From Takakia lepidozioides (Eukaryota; Plantae; Bryophyta), in NCBI GenBank assembly GCA_030704615.1, contig CM060731.1, positions 62,682,001 through 62,746,000 on the forward strand: a DNA stretch of 64,000 nucleotides, written 5' to 3'. Each line of letters opens with the position of its first letter. Within the stretch, counting starts at the first letter, position 1. Under the pieces are notes generated by a model. That model saw only the letters and a list, made by a program, of their open reading frames with translations. It was not told the origin of the DNA and searched no databases. The position numbers and the translations under genes were made by a program. Below, one piece after another: positions 35,263 to 50,146 of this stretch.

Positions 35263-36159
35263 ACAAATTCTGTTTTGATTCTTCCATATGATTTTGGAGA
35301 GTAAGTGGTTATTTTTCCACCTCCTGAAATATAATTTGGGCTCCAATCTTGTTCTCAACTAAAAATAAAGAAAAAAGAAAAAAGAAAAAACCATGGAAAA
35401 AATAACCATTACAGAAGGCCATAAAGCTAAAGAGTCTCAGCTTTTAGACACTTGGCAACAACGCCACAGTTCTTCATTGTAGCATTGCGACAACGAAGTT
35501 GTAGCCTAGTGGTAATGGGCATATACCACCTCCCTTAGAAGTGGTTGTGAGCTCAATCCACCCTTGATGTTACACCGGGTGTTTAGTGTTTTACGCTTCG
35601 TTCGGTAGGCGTCAAATATGAAATATGAAATAATATTGTAGCATTGCTTCATAATTTGCAAATTATGGATGAATGAAGGTGCAGCAGACGGTGAATGGAT
35701 GGAAAGGGGATGAGCGTAAGCCTCCACCGGTTGAAAACGATGCGTCACACCCAACTGCAGTTAGTTAAGCCCCTTCCCCCAATACCAACCCCAGTTAGTT
35801 AAGCCTCTCTCTGCCCCTCCACTGTCCCTCCTGTCTCTGCAAAATCCTGTGCAGATCGTTCGTTATTCTTCGTGTTTGTTGCTTGCCTGCAAATCGCTCA
35901 CCGAACTGGCTGGATCCCCTTGCATTTTCTGAAGGCTGGATGTCAATTGGAGATTTTTGAGTGCTAGTAGGTTAGATCATTTGCGATGAAGGTCCCCTTT
36001 CTCGAATGGCATTGATGTACTCTTCACGCAAATGGCTGAAAATAGCAGGATTATTTTGTACGATAGAAGGGTCGTGTCTGGGCTCAAGTGGTAAACCTCC
36101 AACTTTTTCCCGGGTCAGTGTCTCAGATTGTTACTTGTTGGAAATCTTGCGTTTTTGCC

Positions 36160-39100
36160 ATGGAGCCTTCGGGTACCAAGGCGGCATGGTTGTCTCTCGC
36201 GGTGGCAGCAATGGTAGGGGCCAGTGTTTCTGCTGCATCGGCATTTTTGATGCATAGACGGGCCCTGCACCAATTGCTGGCCCGGATGGACATGGAATCC
36301 GGAGATCACAAGCGAAGGAAAAAAGGGCGGCGACAACGACGTTCCACCGGGGATAGCAGCACAACATCAGTCCCTGAAATTACGCTCTGTAATGGCGCAG
36401 AGAATGGGATATATGAAAGGGAGTCTTCGGTTCCGCGGTCCAGATCTGAAGAGGAGAGAATTGATTCATTGGCATCCATGAGTGCAATTCCGCCAGGGCT
36501 CCCTCGTGTGCACACGCCGCGAGAAGGTAAGAGCTCTTGTATAATGCGCGACTTCACTGAATTATTTGGCCTCTGCGCAACTGCTCTTTGCTTGGTAGGC
36601 TGTCATCTATCCCCGTCCATGAAAATTCTCATTTGTCAATTCGGGATCCTTGTGGGGCAAAGATGAATGGAATCCAGTGTAATAGATACTGAACAGATTG
36701 CCAAGTGAACAATTAGTTTCGAGGAATGGGACGCTGTGAGATGCATCGAGTGGTTTTAATTTGAAAGAGAAACAATGGGCTCAATAGCCGATGAAGCATG
36801 TACAAGTCGACCTACCCTATCCCCATATGTATGAGAACTTTCCGATTGCTCACAAAAGTACCAAGAATAGACCAGGTTGGGAATTACACTCAGAAAAAGT
36901 TCTTGAAGACATCAAGCAAGCAATGAAATCCTGGGGTCTGGCGGATCTGTCAATGCTGTAAAAGTGAATCAGTGTAACTACTCGACTAGGAAAACTCAAT
37001 TCATGGCTTGCTGGTTTCCCGAGGTCATCCAGGAATTAGAGCAATGATTGAGCCAGGGATTATTATTTGGGGATCTTTCCTTCATGCAAGGGTCATTTAT
37101 TCCAGACATCACAGCTGCAATCAAGCTAAATTTGGATCACTTATCTGGGCGACAATTTTTAGTAACCTCCTAAAATTTGTGAAATCAACATGGTGCTTCA
37201 AAGAATTGATAGGAAATGTCCCTGAGCAGTTTTGACAATAAAGTGTCAACATCAATTGTGCCAAGTATTGTTGCTGAAGGGAGGAGTACACTAAACTCGG
37301 CCCGAACAGCTCTGTGTGTGTGAACAGCGAGCAATAGAGGGTGAGGGCTGAGACACAAGGAGGCAATGCTTGACCAGAACGCAGGGGTTTGCTCATGTGG
37401 ATGACAGGTAGTGTGCAGTCCAGCAGCTCATCCCGGCGTCAAACAGCACAGATGCTGCGGCCAGTTGCGGTAATCCGGCCCACCACCCCGAAGTCTCCTG
37501 TTGGGGGAGGACCTTTTGAGGACATGGAAGGCTCAGATGAAGAGGACCATGTATTACTTAATGAGGAGGAGCAGAACTTCATGATCAGTGAGGAGATGGG
37601 GATAGATGGTGATGGCAACGAGACCTTGATGATGATGGATACAGATGCAATGGTTGGAGATGGGATGGTGAGGCTGGCCTGTGGAAATAATCTTCTCCGC
37701 TCTGAGCCGACCATGGTTAGGCAAAGGCTTAAGGTGAGGGAGATCTTGAGAGTTCCAACAAATAAGTTCCTTTCAAAGTGGTTGGTTGGGGGTTCTTACC
37801 TCAAAAACAATTCGACTGTCAATTGTATGCTGGTCTGGGACAGCACCTCCTGCCAGCTCTGCAGAATATGTGGCATTGCTTATTCTCATGTATCATAGCA
37901 TGCCTTGCAAGCTGTCTTCTGTTCCACTTCAATTGAGTATACTGTCAATTTGTTCATTTGATATTTGAAATAAACATTTATTTGTGTAAATTGGTCTCTG
38001 GAAGTAGGACGAAGCAATTGTGAAGGTGAAATCACCCACTGGTGGTAAGACAACAGCCAAACCCAACAGCCAAATGACAGCCGCCAACATCATACGGTCT
38101 CACAGCATACCTGGGGATCTTCATGGCATGCATGCTCCTCATCCTGTTGCGGCTGACATCCTTCGGAAGGAGCCTGAGCAAGAATCTTTTGTGAGGTTAA
38201 GTGTCACACCCATTGGTATGTTTCTTTTTTTTCTCTCTCCCTTTTGCTCTCTCGTTCTTCTGGTTTTCTCTTATTGTCCAATTGGCCTGTACTCCTCTTG
38301 TGTTTTCTTTTCTCTTTCGACACGTATTATCCCTTATGAACCTGCAGTTTTACGGCAAAGTGAGAACTGGCAGGAGAGGTTCTTATCCTGGTTCTTATCC
38401 TGGTGCATCATGTACGGAAGATTTTCTAGCCCAGTGTGAGACAAGTCTACTTATATTGAACCAATCCTCTAGAAGTTTACCTGGGGGAGGAGTTCATTGC
38501 TGGTAGACCAATACCATGCGTTGTGCTGTATATGGCATGTCCTCTATGCTACGACCTGGTGCAGTGTTAAGGTTGGACCTTAAGTACCCAATAAAGTGTA
38601 TCAAGAACTGAATTAACTTCTGTGGGGAAACTGTGGGATTTAATGTTTTTGGTGGTCAGAGGCGCCATCTGCAGAGGAAGAGGAGGTGTGCATTTTGATG
38701 GAAGAGTGCTTGGCTTTGCGTGAGAAATACGTGTTTCGAGAGGAAATCCATCCATGGAACAAGGAGGAAATCACGGACCCTAGCACCCCCAAGCCCAACC
38801 TTGACCCTTTCCAATACAGACCGAAACCAGCCTCCACAGTATGATTTTCCATGACATTCTTTGTGTTGACTACTTTCTATGGTACATGAACAGTAGTTCT
38901 TGCTCACATAGTAATATTAAAGCTCGAGCCATTCTAATAATGTCATACGAGATGAAAATCATCTACCTTAGTAACTTTTTGCATGATTTGGATTACATAA
39001 TTCAGCTTCAGGGTAAAATCAATATATACAGCACTTTGATAGCACTATAGGTCAAACACTTCTCACCTGTGGATACTCTCTAGGAACTTGACCTCTCTTT

Positions 39101-42100
39101 GCCTTGTTGTGCAGCATGTATATGAGATGGTGGACGGGGTAGTGCGTGTCTATGCGGGCGAAGGACGTATGTAACAACCTCCTGACTTTGCTTGTTGTAA
39201 CAACGGGGATTTGTTTTGCAATATGTGTACCAGTGCAAATGAACATTGATGATGCTTTGAAGCCCATCAAAACAGGTGATCAGAGGAGATAACAATACTT
39301 TCATATGCATCTCTCCAGCGCACTTTCTCGATGAAACTGTTCCCAGAATAAGAGACCTGAAAGTAGGTGTGTTTGCCTGAGAATCCAACCATTCTCATGA
39401 CCATTCTACAACCATCATAGCTTCAATCCACGGAAACACAGTCATCACATTCCTGTATACCACTGCAATGCAGCAGAAAGGTCTTATCCTCATACCCCAG
39501 TAATATTGTCAAAAGATCTCTACACGTCCCATTAAGGCTATTTGCTGTATTGAGATTGGGTGGCATCCTGATGGTTTGCATTTTGGATTCAGAAACAGAA
39601 GAACTTTTTCCAGTCTATGATGCCACCAGTTTCTTCACCGATTTGCACCGAGTACTCAGAATCATAGCGCTCGGGAATGTGCGCACTCTCTGCCATCACC
39701 GCCTGCGGTTGTTGGAGCAGGTAAGGATGGCCCTTCTTTAGCTTTTCTACCAAAGAGTCTGGCTGCGACAGCTGACAAATATGAGCTCAGGATTCTCACT
39801 ATGCACATCTCTGTGGTTGGTTGCAGAAGTTCAGCCTTCACCTGATGCTGAATGCTGACCGTGAGTTTCTGGCACAGAAGAGTGCCCCACATCGAGATTT
39901 CTATAATGTGCGGAAGGTAGATACGCACGTGCATCATTCGTCATGCATGAACCAGAAACATCTTCTGCGTTTTATCAAATCAAAGCTTCGTAAGGAGCCT
40001 GATGAGGTGAGAGACAACAAAATACGCATTTGATATGCGTAGCATCAATTTGATTTTTCATGTCTTGCAAAGAGGAACTTGGATGTAATTGCCCTATGAT
40101 TGTAACTGCTCTGGGTTATTTGCACACATGTAACTGAAGACATCCTGTCTAATTTTGTGAAGTTTCGGTTTGTACTGAAGTAGCCCTAAGACTCCACTAG
40201 TCAAGTTCATTTTCCTGCTTGGTTTCTCCTCCCTGCTAATCGCCCAGAGTTTGCTGCTTCCAGTGTCTGCTTGGGGCTTATGAGATATTCCTTTGCTCAT
40301 GAGGCCTGATGTGTGTATGGTGCAGGTGGTCATTTTCCGGGATGGAAAACACCTTACACTTAGGGAGGTATTTGAAAGCCTGGACTTAACTGGGTAAGCC
40401 CATGTCGACTGTGTTCATCATTTTCCTTTTGGAAGTTCTCCTGAAATCCTTTGGTCATGTGTGCATTCAAGTGAGTAAAACATACGTAGTGTGTGTCGAT
40501 ACTCTTGTTTTCTACTGCAGATAGTAACCTTGCCATATACTTGCAACCACAGTTGGGCGCAGCCTGTAATCCAGCGAGAGTTGTGAGAATTCTTCTAGGA
40601 CTAGGAAATGAAATGAAATGAAATGAGATGGTGCTTTATAACGTCCGCGGAAAGCTCATAGAGCTTATGGGACAAAATGGAAGAAAACATGAGAGAGGAA
40701 ACAAAACCAAAGCCAAGAATAAGAACTATTGTTCGAGTGATTGTCTAAGGGTGAAGGCCTCGTGTAGGTAAGCTTCCAAGCATTTCTGATCCTCATAGTG
40801 GAAGACTTCAGTGAGAGATTGGGAATTTCCTGGCTGCGCCTGTGCAAGCTGGACATAGGCGGTCCTCCCATTGAAGGTTGTCCATCTGCCAGTCTCTATC
40901 TGTAGGTTTTGGGAACCCACCCTGAACCGCCTCAATGCCCTCAGGAGGGAAGGAGATAAAGATGCCGAAAGGTAATTGGGCCTCAAGATTCTATCATCTC
41001 GGAGCACCAAGAATGTCTCTCGATAGAAGTGGAGCTTTGTCGTGAGATTGGGTAGCTTCCAAGTTCTCTTGACATGTAATTCCATAAGCTCTCTCCTAAT
41101 GAGTCTGTTGCGGTCCTCTCTGGATGTGATGTCCACCCCTTCTGGAAAGACAGTGAGTTAGAGACATCACATATGCTTTTCACATGAGATAGTGTGTGGT
41201 GTGATGTGGTTCTGCCTCAATAATGTGGTAAGCCTAGAGAGACTAACAGAGTTGGCAGTTGCATGGGGAATTGGCAAACAGATATGACCTCAATGTGGAT
41301 TTGCTGGATGTACATGCGGACAAAAACACATTCCATCGCTTTGACAAATTTAATCTCAAGTACAACCCTTGTGGTCAAAGCAGGCTGAGAGAGATTTTCT
41401 TGAAGCAAGACAACCTTATTCAAGGTTGCACTCGTAAAGTGGCTGACTTTTCTTTTTGGTTGCATTCTCACTAGGTCTAAATATCGTCCATTTGTGACTG
41501 CAGTTGGCCCTTGGTAGAGGGCTCTCATTCTAAATGGAACTCTGAAACCTAGTAGTCATCAAGTGAGGAATTGGTCAGTCTCACCTCCTTTTCACTGGGA
41601 ACCTATCAGTTCCATGTCCATTGTTTGTGGTCCCTATCGTTGAAGGTAAGAGAGGAAATTTATCCTGCTGGAAATCCAGCTGCATATTGTTTGTAGCTGT
41701 AAGTCTGGCTAAGACATGGCCATGATCATGACTAAGACTGCCATCATACATGGTTGGGTTTTGGAATTGTTTCAGGGCGCTTTTTGGCGGAGTTGACGAA
41801 GCAAGTATTTTCTGACCTTGAAGCAAGTAAATACCAGGTCTGTGTTCTACCCCCCATTTCTCATCATCAACCTCTAGAGTTCTTATTGAGCGAGATTGTG
41901 GTCAACAGTGGACCCCTGTACCATTATTGGACTCTGTAATTTTATGGCATCAGGAAGTGCTAAACATGTACAGGAATCTTTCTACCTCTTTGTGAAACAT
42001 AAGGTGGTCCTTGAGATTACCCTTTGCTTCTTTCTTGGTAATCGAGCTGACCATTGTACTACATTTGCAAGTGTTCTTTCTCTTGGTTACCAAAAGAGCA

Positions 42101-45100
42101 GCTAGTTTGATACCCATTTGATATAAATTTGAAGATTCTGTCACTCTCCCCTAATGCAGGTTCTATACACAGTGCATGAGTTCTGGGCTGTGATGGCATG
42201 CACATGATGCAGATGGCGGAGTATAGGATATCAGTATACGGGAGACAGCAGAGCGAGTGGGATCAATTGGCAAGCTGGATTGTCAACAATAAGTTATATA
42301 GTGAAAATGTTGTATGGCTAATACAGGTACATTAAACTCTACATTGTTCTGGTTTGCTTAGAAAGGTAGATGCAGTTGACAACATACAAAGAGACTGGAA
42401 AGAGACAGGTGGAGATATGAAATGAAAATTAAAACATATGGGAGACATCAGCTAAAGTCTCAGAAGAGCACAGAGATAGGCCTAAGGAGCCTACACAATA
42501 CTGCCATAACATTCATACACGTGACAGGGGAGATCTCATGAACTGAAGTTGAATCACTTGTGGGAGGACCTTTAGTTTTCCACCCTGCCACGTAGTTACA
42601 GAATATAGTCTGCAGCTTCTAGATTTGGCATTGATCTGAGGGTCTTTGGTTGTTGGTTGTTGATGCAGTTGCCACGATTGTACAATGTGTACAAGGAGAT
42701 GGGCATTGTGACATCTTTCCAGACAATTTTGGACAACGTGTTTATCCCTCTCTTTGAGGTCACTGTTGATCCAGCCTCTCACCCTCAGCTCCATGTTTTC
42801 CTTGAGCAGGTGACCAATCTCACTCAACCAGCCAGCTACACACTTTCTCCTTTTGACTTCACGTTATCACTTAGGATTCTGTTTCTCAGAGATTATTCTC
42901 TGATGCTACGGCCTTGACTAGGAGATAAAACCAGTGGCGCACTTGCTCCAATGACAAATAGAAGTGGTAGATGATCTGCTTAGGAACCTTCACCCCTCTT
43001 TTAAGATCAAATTTTTTCTTGAAGTCTAGAAGCTGGATGACTTGGAAAAGAGTAAATGGGGTTGCTTGTCAAGGGGCGCTGTGAGGGCCAGGGTTCGAGG
43101 TAAGTTGTGGTCACATTGCAGTTGCCAACAGTGTGTACTGTGACTCACAGGTGGTGGGGTTTGATATGGTGGATGACGAGAGCAAGCCTGAAAGACGGCC
43201 AACGAAGCATATGCAGACGCCTGAACAGTGGAACAACCCCTTCAACCCGGCATATTCATATTGGGCATATTATGTCTATGTCAATCTCTATGTCCTTAAC
43301 AAGGTACTGTCTTGTGTTTGGGGGGGGGATTTTGTCACTGCTGGCCAGATCTGAATCTTAGTGTCTGGTGTTCTACGTGGCTACATGAAGTTCTTGTTTC
43401 TCTGTTCATTTAGATGGGCTCAACCACTGCAAGATTCCTGGATGGGGGTGGTGTACATTTTGTTTTCTATATGGTTCATTTTCAATTGAAGTTCCACGTA
43501 CTGGGCATCTGTGTTAGTCCTTGGGCTACTATAGTGGTCCTGAATTTGCATTGAGAAGGATGGCAATTGTAGTCTTCAAATGAACGTTCGATTTCCTGTA
43601 ACAGGATCATTGTCAACTGAGTGTGAGTGCTTGGCAATGTCGGCTGGGTTTCAGCCCTGGTGGGTTGAAGTCTCACAACTGGCACCAGGAGTTATATCAG
43701 TACCATGCTCTCAGAGTTACAGCCAATGTTCAAAGGAACACTACCCATTGCTTACTGTTATAATTGAATTGATTTTTAATCTCAAGTTCTTTTACCCAGA
43801 AGTGCAGAATTGGTGTATGTCTTCTTCATCTTTCCCCTATCTGTTTTTGTTCTATTCCTTCTCATCATTCCCACTGAGTTGTACTGTAATCGCTGTGCAG
43901 CTGCGCGAGTCCAAAGGAATGACCACCATCAAGTTTCGGCCACATTCAGGCGAGGTAGACAATTTGTGAAACTAGCAATTGTCATACTGCTTTCACCTAA
44001 TTAGTCTTGATTCCCTTCTTGCCAAAACAGGGATCTTGATTCTGCTATTTCTGCTACAAGTTCCTGTTCTAATACTCTTACTTGGATGAGTAGGCGGGAG
44101 ATCTCGACCATCTGGCCGCCACTTTTTTGTTGGCACATAGCATAGCCCATGGAAATAATCTCCGCAAGTCTCCTGGACTACAGTACCTGTACTACCTTGC
44201 ACAGGTCTTACCTTCCTCCCTTCCTAATTTAAAGCCATTTCCATTTTGTTTCTGGGTGTGAACTTGATTTTAGTATTTTAGTTGCTCTCTCCTGTCTTGC
44301 CATCTGTACATTTACAGCAGTCCTTATCCAGTGCCAATCCAATGGACCTTGTGCCATTTCTCCAGATTGGACTGGCCATGTCACCTCTTAGCAACAACTC
44401 GCTCTTTTTGGACTACCATCGCAACCCTTTTCCCATGTTCTTTGCAAGGGGGCTCAACGTGTCTCTCTCCACCGATGACCCGCTCCAAATTCATCTTACT
44501 AAGGAACCTCTTGTAGAAGAGTACAGCATTGCCACCCAGGTATTCCATTTTTAACTTTGGTGGTATTGCGTAGGTAGTTTGTAATGTATGGAATGGAGAA
44601 TTACCATAAACAAATTCATGTTCACATGTGAAATGGCTGGTATGCATGGTTCAGGTCATGCAAATCCATGGCAATTCTCTTAAAAAAGTTGGGACTCCAC
44701 TCTAGTGACAGCACAGCATTCTGTCAATCTATTTTCAAGTTTAGTAGCTTTAAAAGAAGATATGTTAAGTATGTACACATGGAGCTGCCAACGTGGGCCT
44801 TCCTGACTATCAGACTCTGAAGACCCCACTGTCTACTTCCCAAGTTTCAGCTTTATATTGTATCTGTGTCTATCTGATTGGTGGAACCAGGTGTGGAAAC
44901 TGAGTGCATGTGATATTTGTGAAATTGCACACAACTCAGTCTATCAATCAGGCTTTTCCCATGCCCTTAAGGTGAGTCCTGGCACCTGGAACACCCATGA
45001 TTTTTCTAGTGCTTTTCTGGACGGTAGTAAGTATTCATCAGTGGTCCTGTGTGTAATTGTTGTAGAACTATGATTTTTTCTCAGGAACTTCAGACTCTTT

Positions 45101-46029
45101 TGAGCAAAACAGTACATATGAACTATTTCAGAAACCATCTCCCATGGATCATGCCATCTTTTGGACGGACCTTTCCTGAGTCACAATGCTTGAACTAATT
45201 GCATCTCATTCTCAGGCTTGAGTGGCTGTGAGGTGGGGATGGATTGTCATTTGACTCTTTTGACACAAGTCTGTTGTTTCCTTTCTCTGCGAGCTTGTTT
45301 CCTGTACAGACTAGGGCTTAACATTGTCACCCTTTATGGGAAACTGCCCTAGCAGCTATGTGTTTCTTTGGCTGTTTGCAGCCATTAGTTTGCATACAAT
45401 CCAGCTCAATATTAACCCCTGGAATAGTCCTACAGTTTGGAACTTTGTATGTTTAATTATTTTGTTTACCTTTCTCAATGGTGGGCCTGTAATGCTGCGG
45501 GGTGGGGAGGCAGTTACATTGGATTGGAAAGGACTACTTCAAAAGGGGTCCAGAGGGCAATGACATCCACAAGACAAATGTCCCTCACATGCGTGTGGAA
45601 TTCCGCCACGAGGTATGACTGGAAATGCATGCACAGCCACAAAAAGATTAGGAACAGTAGTATATTCGATCCTGAATGATTAACTCTGGTTTAGGACGGT
45701 GTTAAGTTTTGAAGCCTCCTTCCAGAAAGGCAATGAACATCTGGTTACATTAATTTGTCCATACCTGAAGTTCTAGTGTTAAATATCCAAGGTTGAGAAA
45801 ACTCCATCAGCACCCCCCGACCTCTGTTTAGCCTATGTTAGTTGCGGCACAGATTTATAAGGTTTCTTTCCAATTCCTTCTCTGGTACATCTGTCAGTGT
45901 GTGGATTCTACGTCACATGCGCTTGCGCATCTGAAATACCTCTATGTGATTGTGGGCCAGGTGTGGAAAGAGGAGTTGCAATATGTGCACCTTGGAGAAG
46001 CCAAGATCTCAAACGAGTATGTCCCTTGA
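36160..46029 (+). CDS. AMPD: AMP deaminase (plant FAC1 orthologue), multi-exon
   Basis: N-terminal TM anchor [20 protein letters not shown]; [17 protein letters not shown]; [32 protein letters not shown]; [21 protein letters not shown]; [12 protein letters not shown]; FRPHSGE; [21 protein letters not shown]; stop after EYVP at 46029. GT-AG introns throughout. Confidence 0.96.
40605..41142 (-). mobile_element. 5'-truncated LINE family A copy in an AMPD intron, with (CATTT)n tail
   Basis: Closely matches 20270-20565. Plus strand shows GAAATGAAATGAAATGAAATG at its 3' end. Confidence 0.85.
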
Positions 46030-47084
46030 GCAGTCACACCAAGGGGCTGGATTGCCGCACCGTAATTCAAAGTGGCCATGAAGCCAGTGATATCTTTGCC
46101 CCACCTTTGTCCATGCATGTCGGTATGTCAATGGAGCTTCTCTTGTTCCCAAGGTATAGGTTATAGTTCTCCCCATTTATTGTCCCCTACCCGGCTGCTC
46201 TAGTTCAATTTTGTTTTATTTCATTTGAGATTCAAGATATGGGGACTTGCGCACAATTCAGGTTCTGAAGGTACTGGGATTGCTTGATGTAGCTCCAACC
46301 CTTCAAAAGAGATTTTGTATATGGTTATGCAAGCTACCACTCAACCTGGTTTTGAAGTGCTCGGCACATTGACAATGGTGTCCTTTAAATAATATGGAAG
46401 GTTAACCACCCAGCCATGAAGAAGATTGGGTTTGTTAATTGTCATTATGAGCCACTTTAGTTGGATCCAGTATCAAACATGTCCCACAAAGGTGGGTACA
46501 TTTTTCAGTCTCAGGTTGGGAGTTACTTTAGCTGATGTTCAATGGATCTCAGATCACTTTTTTTCTTTTGTTTGTTCATCCAGGGGTGACTATATCCTCC
46601 TCTCATCTCAATGAGGTCGTTTAAATCAATAGTAAGCTTTAAGTCCACATGTGGGAGTCTGTCATATCATTTAGCCATGGTGACATCATGGATTTCCAGC
46701 AAGCATGTTGAACATGTTGCCTAACTAATGCCCTGACTTGAGCAATTGGGAGCTCCATAACCTGTCAGGTTTGCAATCCCAAAAAAAGCTTGCCATGACT
46801 GGTGGAGAACTCTGAAAGAAACATGGTTTACAAGTGTCTTGCTGACTGAAAGTCAGCAACCCCGTGGATGTTTAAAGAATAATGTTGAAGTTATGGGAGG
46901 TTGACAATGTAGAGCTCATAGACAACTGTTTGCTCAGAGTCGAAAGGAAGATGACAACAATCCTTCCCTTTAGCCTTTTAGGAGAGTCACTGAACCTCAT
47001 GCTATCTGCCATAGTTGACCTTGGAAATTGATTGAGTGCACTTACAACTTACTACCCCCATTTTGCTTGCTGTAGCCTGTATAG

Positions 47085-47329
47085 GATGCACTCATAAGAC
47101 ATTGTTTGCCATAGCCTTGAGGCTGTAGACCCCGCGCCCAGTTTGGGCGGAATAAAGGGACCAGAACTACCTTTGTGAGGGGCTCACTCCAGTAGGATCA
47201 CTTACCTTGGTATAAACAATTAGTTTGGGCTTGCCAGATATCCTCTAGAAAACCCTTCACACAAGCATCGGTCTGCTGTGTGTGAGCAGCCCAAAAGGTC
47301 GACCGCAGCAGGGCCAGGGCTTTAAAGGC
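47085..47329 (-). mobile_element. 5'-truncated LINE family B copy with 11-bp TSD
   Basis: AGCCTGTATAG at 47074-47084 and 47330-47340. Body homologous to 22325-22470 and 18463-18662. Confidence 0.82.
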
Positions 47330-47602
47330 AGCCTGTATAGAAAACATGAAGAGGAATCTGGTGCAAACTTTTCTCATTCTTCATGTTCGATTGTCCTTGC
47401 AATTGTGTCACTAGGTTTTCCAGGATTTAACTGCTGCTGTTCATATTTGGCTGGTAACAATTACCATGGACCCTGGCGTTTTAACTTGACGGACACAGTT
47501 GATCATTCCAAGTTGCATTCTCCTTCTATGATTAGAAGGAATTGCCAGCTTTCCACCCTCACATTTGAAACGCCACACTTTCAATATCCCATGTTGCTTG
47601 TC

Positions 47603-50146
47603 TCACCAATAGTCTCCACAAGAACAAACACCTTCTTGGAAGTGGTGAAAGCGGTTGGAGTCCCGTAACACAACTGCTCGTCCAACAATCTTTGAGATGA
47701 ACTTGGTGGCATTGTGGCAGTCACTGCACACTCGAAGGTTCTTAATTACACGAATAGGCATTCCTGGGGGTGTGCTGATCAGCCCAAAAGCAATGGCGAG
47801 CTTCTCACTGTGGTGGCAAAGAGAAAATTCCTTCTGCTCCTCCTCCACATCATGCAATACAAAGCGCGTGTCAGGCACATACCCAGCCTCCATCATCCAG
47901 CCAGACAATCTCTTCAGCTCCGCATGGATTCCCTCAATTTGTGGATGGGAGATGTCCTCTACAAGAAATGCATGAACCTGATCATAGACCTCAATGCAGC
48001 TGTGCCCTGGCTTTTTTCTCACACCTCTCTCCTCCATCATTCTTCTGACCTTTGATTTGTCGTCCCACCTCCCAGCTGCAGCATAAATGTTTGATAACAG
48101 CACATAAGCGGCAGGGTCCTGTGGATTCCACTTGAGAATGGATTTTACGGCACATTCTGCTACCTCTACATTGCCATGAAGTCTGCAGGCACCAAGCAAG
48201 GACCCCCAGACCAAAGCATCTGGTTCAACGGGCATTTTGTTGATGAAGTCCTGTGCCTCATCCAATCGACCTGCACGGCCAAGAAGGTCCACCATGCAGC
48301 CAAAATGCTCCAATGTAGGTGTGAGGCCATGATCTTGACTCATGGAATCAAAGTAGTGATAGCCTTGATCCACTAGGCCCACATGGCTGCATGCAGAGAG
48401 AACAGAAGTGAAGGTGACAGCGTTTGGCATCACTCCTTCCTGCTGCATCTGATTAAATAGTTGGAGGGCCTCCCTACCACATCCATTCTGGGCATATCCT
48501 GCAATCATCGCACTCCATGATACCACATCCCGTTTACCCACTTTGTCGAACACTTGACGGGCACCCTTTACACTTCCACATTTGGCATATGTATCAATGA
48601 GGGTATTCTCTAAATTAGTATATGATTCAATTCCAGCTTCAATGATATCGGCATGGACCTGCATGCCCTTCTCAAGAGCTCCAAGGCTGGCACATGCATT
48701 GAGAACGCAAATGTAGGTGACCCTGTTGGGTGTCACCCCTTCCGGTTGCATCTGCTCATAGAGTTTCAAAGCCTGCCTACAACTCCCATGCTGAGCATAC
48801 CCTGAAATCATTGAACTCCATGAGACAACATCTCTTTTAGCCATTTTGTCAAACACTTGACGTGCATTCTTTATGCTCCCACATTTTCCATACATGTCAA
48901 GAAGGGTGTTCTCCAAAATAATATCTGATGCCAATCCAGTTTTCATGATGTCATTGTGGACCTGCTCACCCTTGTCCAAGGCTCCCATGCTGGCACACAC
49001 ATTTAGAATGGTAGTATACGTGACCTTGTCAGGAGTCACCCCTTCCTGATGCATCTGCTCATACAATCGGAAAGCCTCTTCGTATGGTCCACACCGAGCA
49101 TATCCAGAGATCATTGCACTCCATGAGACCACATTTCGTTCAGCCATTTTCTCGAACACTTGACACGCATCCTTAATGCTCCCACATTTGGCATACATGA
49201 AAACAAGGCTTGTTTCCAAAGTAATGTCTGAGACAATTCCCATTCTGATAATGTCAGCATGTACCTGCTTACCATTAGCAAGGGCTCCTAAACTTGCACA
49301 CGCATTGAGAATACAAATGAGTGTGACCCTGTCAGGCCGCACTCCTTCCTGTTGCATTTGTTCATAAACTTTGAAAGCCTCTTCACCATGCCCACACTGA
49401 GCATACCCTGCAATCATCGTATTCCATGAGACCACATCTCGTTTCGCCATGTTGTCAAATACTTTGCTAGCATCCTTTACGCTCCTGCATTTGGCATACA
49501 TGTGAACAAGGGCATTCTCCAAAATAATGTCTGATGCAATTCCTTTTTCAATCATGTCAGCATGGACGTATTTGCCCTTTTCCAAGGCACCCAGACTGCC
49601 ACACACATTGAGAACAGTTGTGTACATTACCCTGTCGGGCATTACCCCTTCCTGACACATTTCCTCGTATATTCTGAAAGCCTGTGAGGCATGCCCATGC
49701 TTGGCATATCCTGCCATCATTGTACTCCAGGTGTATATATCTCGTTGAGGCATTTCATCAAAGACCTCTTGTGCATGCACCATGCTCCCACACTTGGCAT
49801 ACATGTTGACAAGGGTGTTCCCTACAAAGACGTTTTGCTTGAAGTCAGTATAGTTCATGTGGCCATGCACCTGCTTTCCCTCTGCCAGTGCTTTCAATTT
49901 GATGCACCCCTGCAAGAGACAGACGTAAGTATTGGAGTCTGTCCGAACATTTCCTTTCGCCAAAATGTGCAGTGCCTCCTTCAGTCTTCCCTCCTTGCAT
50001 AGTGTCCTTACATCCCCACAAGATGCTGCACAACCATCCAACACCACTCCATGCCGGATTGTTAGTGACCATGTTCCTTTACCATTTTCAGGCAGTGGCT
50101 GTAATCTATGTAGAGAGAGAGTGGAATGATTTATCATTACCACCAT
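47603..50146 (-). CDS. PLS-class PPR protein with E/E+/DYW cytidine deaminase domain (organellar C-to-U editing factor), 847 aa
   Basis: Single ORF with P-L-S triplets, PG box [28 protein letters not shown] and terminal CSCGDYW. Confidence 0.96.
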   Translation of the reverse strand: MVVMINHSTLSLHRLQPLPENGKGTWSLTIRHGVVLDGCAASCGDVRTLCKEGRLKEALHILAKGNVRTDSNTYVCLLQGCIKLKALAEGKQVHGHMNYTDFKQNVFVGNTLVNMYAKCGSMVHAQEVFDEMPQRDIYTWSTMMAGYAKHGHASQAFRIYEEMCQEGVMPDRVMYTTVLNVCGSLGALEKGKYVHADMIEKGIASDIILENALVHMYAKCRSVKDASKVFDNMAKRDVVSWNTMIAGYAQCGHGEEAFKVYEQMQQEGVRPDRVTLICILNACASLGALANGKQVHADIIRMGIVSDITLETSLVFMYAKCGSIKDACQVFEKMAERNVVSWSAMISGYARCGPYEEAFRLYEQMHQEGVTPDKVTYTTILNVCASMGALDKGEQVHNDIMKTGLASDIILENTLLDMYGKCGSIKNARQVFDKMAKRDVVSWSSMISGYAQHGSCRQALKLYEQMQPEGVTPNRVTYICVLNACASLGALEKGMQVHADIIEAGIESYTNLENTLIDTYAKCGSVKGARQVFDKVGKRDVVSWSAMIAGYAQNGCGREALQLFNQMQQEGVMPNAVTFTSVLSACSHVGLVDQGYHYFDSMSQDHGLTPTLEHFGCMVDLLGRAGRLDEAQDFINKMPVEPDALVWGSLLGACRLHGNVEVAECAVKSILKWNPQDPAAYVLLSNIYAAAGRWDDKSKVRRMMEERGVRKKPGHSCIEVYDQVHAFLVEDISHPQIEGIHAELKRLSGWMMEAGYVPDTRFVLHDVEEEQKEFSLCHHSEKLAIAFGLISTPPGMPIRVIKNLRVCSDCHNATKFISKIVGRAVVLRDSNRFHHFQEGVCSCGDYW

